Positions 53,890 to 64,000 of a stretch of DNA of 64,000 bases are shown here, one piece after another. The DNA lies in contig OX597824.1 in the NCBI GenBank assembly GCA_951406725.2, positions 18,786,001 through 18,850,000 on the forward strand. Reading direction: 5' to 3'. The notes beneath the pieces are model-generated. The model searched no databases. It was not told the origin of the DNA and was given only the letters and a program-made list of their open reading frames with translations. The position numbers were made by a program, and so were the translations under genes. Every line of letters begins with the position of its first letter. Within the stretch, counting starts at the first letter, position 1. The stretch comes from Octopus vulgaris. Its lineage: Eukaryota.

Positions 53890-54271
53890 GGCACTTCGCC
53901 GGTTACGACTACGAGGTTTCCAGTGGATCTGATCAACGGAACAGCCTGCTCCTGAAATTAACGTGCAAGTGGCTGAGTACTCCACCGACACGTGTACCCC
54001 TTGAAAGTAGTTCTCGCGGAGGTTCAACGTGACACAGAGTGTGACAAGGCTGGCTCTTTGAAATACAGGTACAACAGAACCAGGAAGAAAAAGTGAGAGA
54101 AAGTTGTGGTGAAAGAGTACAGCAGGGTTCGCCCCACGCACTGCTGAAGCCTCGTGGAGCTTTTAGGTGTTTTCGCTCAATAAACAGTCGCAAAGCACGG
54201 TCTGGGAATCGAAATTGCGATCCTACGACCACGAGTCCGCTACCCTAACCACTGGGTCATTGTGTTTCCAC
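53890..54271 (-). mobile_element. SINE family C
   Basis: Reverse complement of the 43590 family. Confidence 0.9.
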
Positions 54272-54654
54272 CGTACGTACATACATACATAGCATCGATG
54301 GCATAGATAAACGCTAAAATATGGTCGATACTAAGCGAAAACTAAAAAAACATATAATAATCTTAACACCTGAATTCAAGAGACAAAAGACTGTTTTGGT
54401 CTTCGCAGAAATAATGTCAGAAATTGAATTATTTCGAAAGTATTTCTGTTTCTCTTTGTCTCAACCTATCTGATGTTCCTTACTTAAATTAAATCGTGCA
54501 AGTACAACTCTCTGAGGAAAACGCTGTTATATATATATATATATTTTTTGCTATACTTTTTTTATTTTTACACCACTTGCTTTTTTCTCCCTGATATGAA
54601 AATATGACCGCACTACACAATAAACACGCGCACACACATTCACATATATGTATA

Positions 54655-54782
54655 GTGAAAGGAGAAAAAAACCCATTCAGAACAACACAGGGAAGAACTA
54701 CGTTTCACAGTTGGTATTAGTTTAACACTTCATTATAGAGAAAATGTGTTTCCCGACGTTTCGGACTTTAGTCTTTCATCCG
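54655..54782 (-). mobile_element. Penelope-like end fragment with 3' half of a hammerhead
   Basis: Minus strand GATGA A AGAC TAAA GTCC GAAA CG TC GGG; 5' side replaced by a SINE B fragment (54783-54925). Confidence 0.5.
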
Positions 54783-55021
54783 ACAATCGATGTTGGTGTG
54801 CTTACGTCACCGTAACTCAGCGGTACGGCAAAAGATACCGATAGGATGAGTACTACGTTTGCAAAGAAGTCTTAGGGTCGGTTTGTTCGACTAAAGGCGG
54901 TGCTTCAGTATGGCCGCAGTCAAATTATATATATAATCAGGTGGTGCTATTTAAACATGGCCTGGACCAATCAATCTTTGGTCAAAGCATATCTAAGTTT
55001 TATATGTAATATAACACACAC

Positions 55022-55104
<83 letters not shown>

Positions 55105-55111
<7 letters not shown>

Positions 55112-55472
55112 AATTACTTTGCCACATACTGAACTCATTAGAAATAGCAGCCAAAAAAGATTTTCTAGCCACTTCTAATACTTAAAGAAAATTTCTCTCA
55201 AATAGTGTTTACTCAAAATAACCCACGAAGGTATGTGGGTTATTTTGAGTAAACACTATTTGAGAGAAATTTTCTTTAAGTATTAGAAGTGGCTAGAAAA
55301 TCTTTTTTGGCTGCTATTTCTAATGAGTTCAGTATGTGGCAAAGTAATTTATTTTACTAAGCCCTTTTACACAATGTAATATTTTGAATTCGCCTTAAAT
55401 GGTCCCTTTACATACTGAATACTTGGTGAAATTGATTAATAACTAATTAATTTTACCCTCAATTGTTGAAAT
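55105..55472. mobile_element. Perfect 122-bp-arm palindrome with one-sided tail, inserted in (TA)n
   Basis: Arms 55105-55226 and 55235-55356, spacer GAAGGTAT; right side continues ~115 bp to (TA)n. Confidence 0.9.
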
Positions 55473-55528
55473 TATATATATATATATATATATAAATATA
55501 TATGTATATATAATATATATATATATAC

Positions 55529-55618
<90 letters not shown>

Positions 55619-55673
55619 CTCTTCTCAGGCAATCTTTTGTGGTAATTTTTTTGTCACTATATAGTGTAAAACA

Positions 55674-56077
55674 AGGCGTCGAGCTAGCAGAAACGTTAGC
55701 ACGCCGGTCGAAATGCTTAGCGGTATTTCGTCCGCCCTTACGTTCTGAATTCAAATTCCGCCGAGGTCGACTTTGCCTTTCATCCTTTCGGGGTCGATTA
55801 AATAAGTACCAGTTACGCACTGGAGTCGATATAATCGACTTAATCCGTTTGTCTGTCCTTGTTTGTCCCCTCTGTGTTTAGCCTCTTGTGGGTAGTAAAG
55901 AAAGAGGTATTTCGTATGAGTTCAAATTCCGCCGTGATCGACTTTGCTTTTCATCTTTTCAGGGTCGAAAAAAAACTAAGTACCAGTTGCGTACTGGGGT
56001 CGATCTAATCGACTGCCCCCCCCCCACACACATATACACAACATTTCTGGCCTTGTGCTTATAGTAGATAAGATATT
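55674..56077 (+). mobile_element. SINE family A dimer
   Basis: Two cores; junction AAAGAAAGAG|GTATTTCG. Confidence 0.9.
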
Positions 56078-56362
56078 ATAGTATATGGCTTTTTTTTCTT
56101 TTCCTCTTTATTTTGTATCCGTCAGGTGGTACCAATCATCTACTACATTTCGCGCCCAAATGATGGAATCATTACTCATAGTGGTGGTTGTGGTAGTAGT
56201 AGTACGAGGAGGATGAGGAAGGGGAAGAGGAGTTGTAGTAGTAGTAACAGTTGGAGGTGGAACTCTCTATATGTTTAATTTCTCGTTCGCTTTGCTCTTC
56301 TCCATTACACGCCATCTTTCAATATCTCTCTGCTTCTCTGAATGTGTTTGCGTGCTCACTCG

Positions 56363-56393
<31 letters not shown>

Positions 56394-57990
56394 CTAGCAT
56401 TATGACCCGTCGTTGCGGGTCATAGTGCCAATGCATGTATATATGTATACATATTACATGTACATCTATATATATGCATCTACACATAAAATACAAAATA
56501 CAAAGTTATATCTTGATATTGCTAGTGATAACAATACTCAAAATATATAACAGACTGGAATTGTAGGCCCGTCTCTTGCAATTTCGATCAATTGTATCTT
56601 GTCCTCCCTCTTGTATAGAAGTGTGGCTACAATCCAGCCTACATCTACTTCTAGGGGAACATTTTAAATTTTTATCCGGGACGTTCTACGTCCCAGATAT
56701 AAAGGTAAAACTAAAATATTTCCACTTTGCAAGGTTCGAGTCCAGTACTCCCTTGCACGCTCCGTTGACTCGAACCTTGCTTCTATTGTGGCGAATTTAC
56801 CGCCTCTAGTTAGATATCTTTCATAGTCGCACCAAGACACTTTTCGATGGTGCTTTCCTCCAGGTGTTCAAATCTTTATTTTTTCTCTACATTGTATACT
56901 TTATAGACAATAGTCTTTTCTTTAATTTAATTTTTCGTTTCGTTTTGTGGTTTTATCCTAAATTCACCGTCTTTGTCGGTGATCAATCCGAAATAGGTTT
57001 TATTTCTTCCATTTTAATTTTAATGAGTTCGCGCCCGCCGACGGCTGCAGCGAAATTCATTTTTGGACTTTCTTCCAACAAAAATGCTTCCGTGTAAACG
57101 GTGAAAATATTGTCAATTTCCCCAAACAGGGACACAATTCAATTTTTAAACAATAACCAAAGCTCCTTCTCCCAAAGGGGGAGGGTTACAGTTTACAATT
57201 ATTTAACAAATGCAACACAACAACGTTTCCCTTACGAGGAACCAACAAACGTGATAACAATAGTTAAACAGTAATAATGATAACAACAAACCTTACGGTG
57301 AATCAAAGAGCAGTACGCAGTTGAAGCTATAGTCCTTTATGTATAAGAAATAAACCAACAGCAGTACTCAGTAGAAGCTGCTGTTCGAGAAAACAGACAT
57401 TACATACAGCCAAACTTCATATAGATACTTAATGCTAGCTAATTAGCAGATAATATAATGTAAAAGCCATAGTAAATGGTATGTGCACACCTCCATCTGG
57501 ACTATTCCATTTCTACACGCTAATTTTATTTTTAATTTATTCCCATTCACGTGAAACCACTTATTCAAGTTCAAGTCATTGATGCAATTTTATACCAATT
57601 GTTATTTTTACTTTTGTTATGTTACGATTATATTATACTTTGGTTTGATTTTAATTATTACTTACCACATATAATTCAATTTTTATTATTATCTCTAATT
57701 TTTATTGTTAAAGTGAAAGTATCTGACATAAAATAGAGAAATATTTTTGTTTCACTTTTAACACGTAATACTGAAATAGTGGAGAAGATATGATATTGCT
57801 ATGGGCTCGCCCTAGGCAAGAAGTTGAACATTTTGTTTGCCCATGAAACTACATGGACCCTAAGTAAGGCATGTGTAAAATTTGAATGAAATTGGTTGTG
57901 TAGTTCTCAAGTTTTAGGGAAACACACAGACAGACAGACAGACAGATAGACACATTCTCAGTTTCATATATATATATATATATATATATA
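56394..57990 (-). mobile_element. ~1.6-kb non-autonomous Helitron
   Basis: Minus-strand 3' hairpin TATGACCCG CAACGA CGGGTCATA then CTAG|T (56394); 5' region TATATATGAAACTGAGAATG..(TGTC)n resembles the 13496 head. Confidence 0.8.
56560..56920 (-). pseudogene. Decayed coding fragment resembling L1/Tx1 ORF1
   Basis: RYLTRGGKFATIEARFESTERAREY..LVLPLYLGRRTSRIKI*NVPLEVDVGWIVATLL; assignment from recall. Confidence 0.45.
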
Positions 57991-57995
57991 TCTTT

Positions 57996-58063
<68 letters not shown>

Positions 58064-58739
58064 ATGTATATATATATATGCATATATAGACACCAATTTG
58101 CACTCTTCGAAATATACATATATTTTTATGCACACTTGCATATTTACACATTTATCTATATGCACACACACACAACACACACATATGGATATACATGCAT
58201 GCATACGCATATAAATACTTGGGTTTATTTGTACCTCCCTGTCACTCTCAGTAGCGTCCCTCCTCTCTTTTTTTCTCACTTTCACTAATCCAATCTCTCC
58301 TCACACCATCACCCCTCAATCCCATTCTTTTCTCCTCCCCCTCTCGCTCTCTCTCTCTCTCCGTCATCGTTCACACCCGATGCTTGGCTTGAAAATCAAA
58401 TCCATGAAGCAGACACACTTTGTTTATGTTGGGTCTGGCGCTGCCGTGCTGAATAAACAAAAAGCCGTTGAAGAAGGTCCAAACACCGTCCCATCTCAGA
58501 CGAGAAAAGTTTGTTTAGAAGCTCTACTGTCAATAAACGTTACATTTCTGTACGTATAGTTCCATGATTAACTTTAGTCTCAAACCGAGCTGATATCCAG
58601 ATGATATTGTCTTATCTCCGCCCGACCATCCGTCCATCACTGTATTCGTAACAACATGGAAGTCCTGCTAACAGAAAACAGACAACGCATGCGTATAATG
58701 GTATACAATAAACACATATATAAATATACAGTGTTTGTA

Positions 58740-58786
<47 letters not shown>

Positions 58787-59088
58787 TGAATAATGCACAT
58801 ATATACACGCGTAGATATATGTGTATTTATACACGCGTAGATATATGTGTATTTATACACGCGTATTTAAGTATATGTGATTATACACACAAACATGCGT
58901 ATATACACACACACACACACACGGACAGTCAGCCAGACAGTCAGACAGACAGATGGACAGAGACAGAGATTTAAATAATTAGTAGATAGTGACATAGATA
59001 TATTGGAAGGTTGACAAGTTGTGTAGAACGCTTCGCACTGAGAGGGATAAATAGATAGACAGACTATAGGATGGGAAGTAAGAAAGAT

Positions 59089-59766
<678 letters not shown>

Positions 59767-60068
59767 AAATACCGGTGACATGATTTTAATTAGTAAAATT
59801 AGTATTTGCTTTTGCGTCCTGTAAGTGACCTAACCACGTGACTGGTTAAATGTCTGTCACCCTGTACGTGAATTGGCGTTGTTCGGATAACAATGGGAGG
59901 TCAATAACTGCACAGCAACTATAAACACATGCATTAAACCAACACCAGCGTGCATCAACACCATCAAGATAAAAAAACATTGTAATAATAACAACAACAA
60001 TAATAGTAATAGCAATAATAATAATAAATACTCTTCTTCTTCTTCTTCTTCTTCTTCTTCTTCTTCGT

Positions 60069-60272
60069 TTGGCAGAATCGTTAACACATCGGACAAAATA
60101 CGTTGTGACATTTTGTCCGTCTGTACGTTCGGAGTTCAAATTCCACCGAGGTTGATTTTTGCCTTTCACCATTTTAAGGTCGATAAATCAAGTACCAGTG
60201 AAACACTGGAGTCGATGTGATCGACTTATCCCCTTTCCCGGAATGGCTGCTCTTGTGGCAAAATTTGAATCC
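60069..60272 (+). mobile_element. SINE family A (older)
   Basis: TGGCAGAATCGTTAAC, GAGTTCAAATTCC, core. Confidence 0.82.
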
Positions 60273-60297
60273 ATTATTATTATTATTATTATTATTA

Positions 60298-60379
<82 letters not shown>

Positions 60380-60786
60380 CAGGAGTGGCTGTGTGATAAG
60401 TAGCTTGCTTACTAATCACATGGTTCCGGGTTCAGTCTCACTGCGTGGCACCTTGGGCAAGTGTCTTCTGCTATAGCCTAGGGCTGACCAAAGCGTTGTG
60501 AGTGGATTTGGTAGACGGAAATTGAAAGAAGCCCGTCGTATATATGTATATATATGTGTATGTGTGTGTATATGTCTGTGTGTCTGTGTTTGTTCCCCCC
60601 AACATCGCTTGACAACCGATGCTGGTGTATTTACGTCCCCGTAACTTAGCGGTTCGGCAAAAAAGACCGATAGAATAAATACTAGGCTTACAAAGAATAA
60701 GTCCTGGGGGTGATTTGCCCGACTAAAGGCAGTGCTCCAGCATGACCTCAGTCAAATGACTGAAACAAGTAAAAGAGTAAAAGAGA
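60380..60786 (+). mobile_element. SINE family B
   Basis: Near-complete copy. Confidence 0.93.
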
Positions 60787-60795
60787 TTATTATTA

Positions 60796-60905
<110 letters not shown>

Positions 60906-60924
60906 GTTGTTGTTGTTGTTGTTA

Positions 60925-61764
60925 TTCCAAAAGACTCTGGGATAGTTCTTAATTATCGGTTATTCTTTACTTGAAAGCAGGCTACAACATATCATCAAAG
61001 GTTTCAAGTAGTGCCTTCTTCTGTAACTCAAAATGACAATATTCTTCTTAGAATGCGAGCTGGACCCCAAAATGCTGTCTTCTGGATCACCTCCAGACAG
61101 AGAGCAGCTCCAATATTCTCAATATGGTTTTCAAAGCCCTTGGAAACTGCTCCTAATGTACCACCATTACTTTCCTCATGCCCCTTAACTTACCTATTCC
61201 GTCCCGCATTGGCTGGTATTTCTCAATCTTTTCTGTTTCCTTACATTTCACCCTCGAATCGCCTGGTATTGCAACATCTATTATCTTTACTTCTTTTTCA
61301 TCTTTATGGACGAGCACGATATCTGGTCGTCTCGCCTCTATGACTTGATCGCACTGCATGTTAAAATCCCAGAGTATTTTGTAATGTTCGTTTCCCATTA
61401 TTCCCTCTGGCTTGTGTTCATACCATTGTTCGGCTCTTTCGAGGTTTGCTTTACCGCACAAGAGCCAGTGGACATATCTGACCACATTGTCGTGTCTCCA
61501 TTTATTTACGCGTTGTGCGAGCTTACAGCACTCACTAACAATATGGTTTATACTTTTTCCCTTCTCAGAGCACATCCTACACTGTGGCGAGTCAGCGCTT
61601 TTATCAATGTGATATTTGGAGTAGTTTGTTCTGAGAGCTTGTTCTTGAGCGCTGCACACTAATGCCTCAGTGGGCCCTTTTAAGTTTCCTTTCTGTTGCC
61701 ATTGCCAGGTTCTATTCCAATCAATCTCATCTTTATTCTTCAAGAACTGACCGTGCATTTTCAT
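60925..61764 (-). mobile_element. R4/Dong-type retrotransposon 3' fragment: CCHC zinc finger plus restriction-like endonuclease
   Basis: MHGQFL..AQEQALRTN..CRMCSEKGKSINHIVSEC..RHDNV..ILWDF..RRPDIVLV..IIDVAIP..KETEKIEKY; frameshifted tail QKTA..ARILRR; 3' end abuts (AAC/AAT)n. Confidence 0.93.
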
Positions 61765-61860
61765 GTCAGTGCTACCAGGGGTGATGGGGGCACTACCAGT
61801 TCGAGATAAACTCTACAGGCACGGATGTACTGTCAGACAGCCCTGTCCGAGGTGCACGTC
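61765..61860 (+). mobile_element. L1/Tx1 ORF2 zf-RVT fragment
   Basis: QCY..GALPVRDKLYRHGCTVRQPCPRC. Confidence 0.65.
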
Positions 61861-62095
61861 TATGTGTGTGTATCGTTGTTTCTGTGTTTGTCACCCGACC
61901 ATCGCTCGACAACCGATGTTGGTACGTTTATGTCCCCGTAAGCTAGCGGTTCGGCAAAACAGACCGACAGAATAAGTACGAGGCTTAACAAAGAATAAGT
62001 ACTGGGATCGATTTCTTCGACTAAAAAACCCTTCAAGGCGGTGCTCCAGCATGGCCGCAGTCCAATGACCGAAAGGTGTAAAAGAATAAAAGAAA
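61861..62095 (+). mobile_element. SINE family B 3' half
   Basis: GACAACCGATG..GCGGTTCGGCAAAA..GGCGGTGCTCCAGCATGGCCGCAGTC. Confidence 0.88.
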
Positions 62096-62135
62096 CGAAT
62101 AGAAGAATAAGGCAAGAAAGAGCGAGAGAGGGGGT

Positions 62136-62178
<43 letters not shown>

Positions 62179-62557
62179 GAGAGGCAAAGATGTGGAGGAA
62201 AAGGAAGAAAGAAAACTACAGACACACAGACAGACAGATACGGTTTCACTTTCTCTCACGGAACCGGAAAGCAAATAGGGGAAGAGAAAAAAGAAGCCAT
62301 ATCCAGAACAAAAACAAACAAGGTTAAACTCATTAATAGTTGCAGCTAACGGGGGTGGACATAAGCAGGAGGGAAGATGGAATTGTAAATCCCACTGACC
62401 ACTGTCCATTTTCAATGCTGACCACGCCTGTGCGGCTGGTGGTAATTCTCTGTTAGCAGGAGGTTAAACAGCTGTCACGCCATTTTCCTGCACTCAGCAG
62501 CCATGGTACTGACATCCGCCATAGGCGGACACACATACGCAGATACACTCCATATAT

Positions 62558-62608
<51 letters not shown>

Positions 62609-62638
62609 ATATATATATATATACACATATATATATAC

Positions 62639-62688
<50 letters not shown>

Positions 62689-62843
62689 TTATGTATATAT
62701 GTATATATATGTATATATATATATGTATATATATGTATATATATATATGTATATATATGTATATATATATTTATGTATATATGTATATATGTATATATAT
62801 ATGTGTATATATGTATATATATATGTATATATATATACATATA

Positions 62844-62892
<49 letters not shown>

Positions 62893-62904
62893 CATATATA
62901 TATG

Positions 62905-62947
<43 letters not shown>

Positions 62948-63393
62948 ATATATCTATTCATTCAATACTTAGACATTCATACGTATGCAGGCGCACTGGC
63001 ATACATACATACATGCATAGATGTGCATACGGTAGTTTTGGTGGTGTAAAGCCGAGATTAGAGTCAATATTCTTTATTGTGTATTCGGAGGGGGGTGTTT
63101 ATTAAATATAGACGGCAGCATGATTGTATGTGAGTAGTTGCACGCTGGAGAGAGAGAGACGGGTGGACAGACGATGGAGAAATACAGGTATAGAGAAGGA
63201 TAGATGCTGAGAGAAGAGATGGAGAGAGAGAGAGAGAGAGAGGGAGTTAGACAGGGGGAGAGGGGGAAAAAGAAATAAATAAAGTGACTGAGAAATGTTG
63301 ATCGAAATATATTGAGATAATTAGAGAGAAATGAAAGTGAGACAGAAAGATAGAATGAAAGAGAGAGAAGAGAGGAAACAGAAGCATTAATGT

Positions 63394-63397
<4 letters not shown>

Positions 63398-63432
<35 letters not shown>

Positions 63433-63533
63433 GGAGGGGAGAAGAAGAGAAAGTGTAGAGTGAGAGAGAGAGAGAGAGAGAGGAAAAGAGAGAGAGAGAG
63501 GAAAAGGAGGGAGAAGAAGAGAAAGTGTAGAGT

Positions 63534-63564
<31 letters not shown>

Positions 63565-63838
63565 GAAAAGGAGGGAGAAGAAGAGAAAGTGTAGAGGAGA
63601 AAGAAAGAGAGAGAGAGAGAGGAAAAGGAGGGAGAAGAAGAGAAAGTGTAGAGTGAGAGAGAGAGAGAGAGAGAGAGAGGAAAAGGAGGGGAGAAGAAGA
63701 GAAAGTGTAGAGTGAGAGAGAAAGAGAGAGAGAGAGAGAGAGACAGAGGAAAAGGAGGGGAGAAGAAGAGAAAGTGTAGAGTGAGAGAGAAAGAGAGAGA
63801 GAGAGAGAGGAAAAGGAGGGGAGAAGAAGAGAAAGTAT

Positions 63839-63876
<38 letters not shown>

Positions 63877-64000
63877 GAAAAGGAGGGGAAGAAGAGAAAG
63901 TGTAGAGTGAGAGAGAAAGAGAGAGAGAGAGAGGAAAAGGAGGGGAGAAGAAGAGAAAGTGTAGAGTGATAGAGAAAGAGAGAGAGAGAGAGGAAAAGGA
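63398..64000. repeat. Purine-rich minisatellite: (GA)n plus GGAAAAGGAGGG(G)AGAAGAAGAGAAAGTGTAGAGT, ~50-65-bp unit
   Basis: About 9 tandem units running off the window end. Confidence 0.93.

Noticed and set aside
62492-62512. REST/RE1-like site TCAGCAGCCATGGTAC
   Set aside because: Poor match with an insertion; REST is chordate-restricted and this DNA looks molluscan

Overview
Eukaryotic, AT-rich, extremely microsatellite-rich non-coding DNA. The repeat repertoire ((TA)n/(AAT)n/(CA)n/(GATA)n tracts plus several tRNA-derived SINE families) looks like an octopod cephalopod (Octopus) genome; this is inference from pattern recognition, not a database hit. No intact host gene is supportable, and nearly all ORFs in the track are microsatellite translation artefacts. 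The window holds: at least five SINE families; decayed LINE pieces (R4/Dong-type RLE, CR1, L1/Tx1); mariner, Tc1 and pogo derivatives and MITEs; non-autonomous Helitrons; a 170-bp satellite array; and two near-perfect long palindromes. The most interesting signal is a set of minimal type-I hammerhead-ribozyme-like motifs in short dispersed retro-repeats. One family is a tRNA-headed SINE with an internal (AAT)n and a 3' hammerhead, found twice in a Penelope-like head-to-head arrangement with both 3' ends pointing outward. Also notable are SINE multimers sharing one precise junction and a ~560-bp element found only in (AAT)n tracts. All ribozyme calls are by-eye structure predictions and need Infernal searches and cleavage assays.
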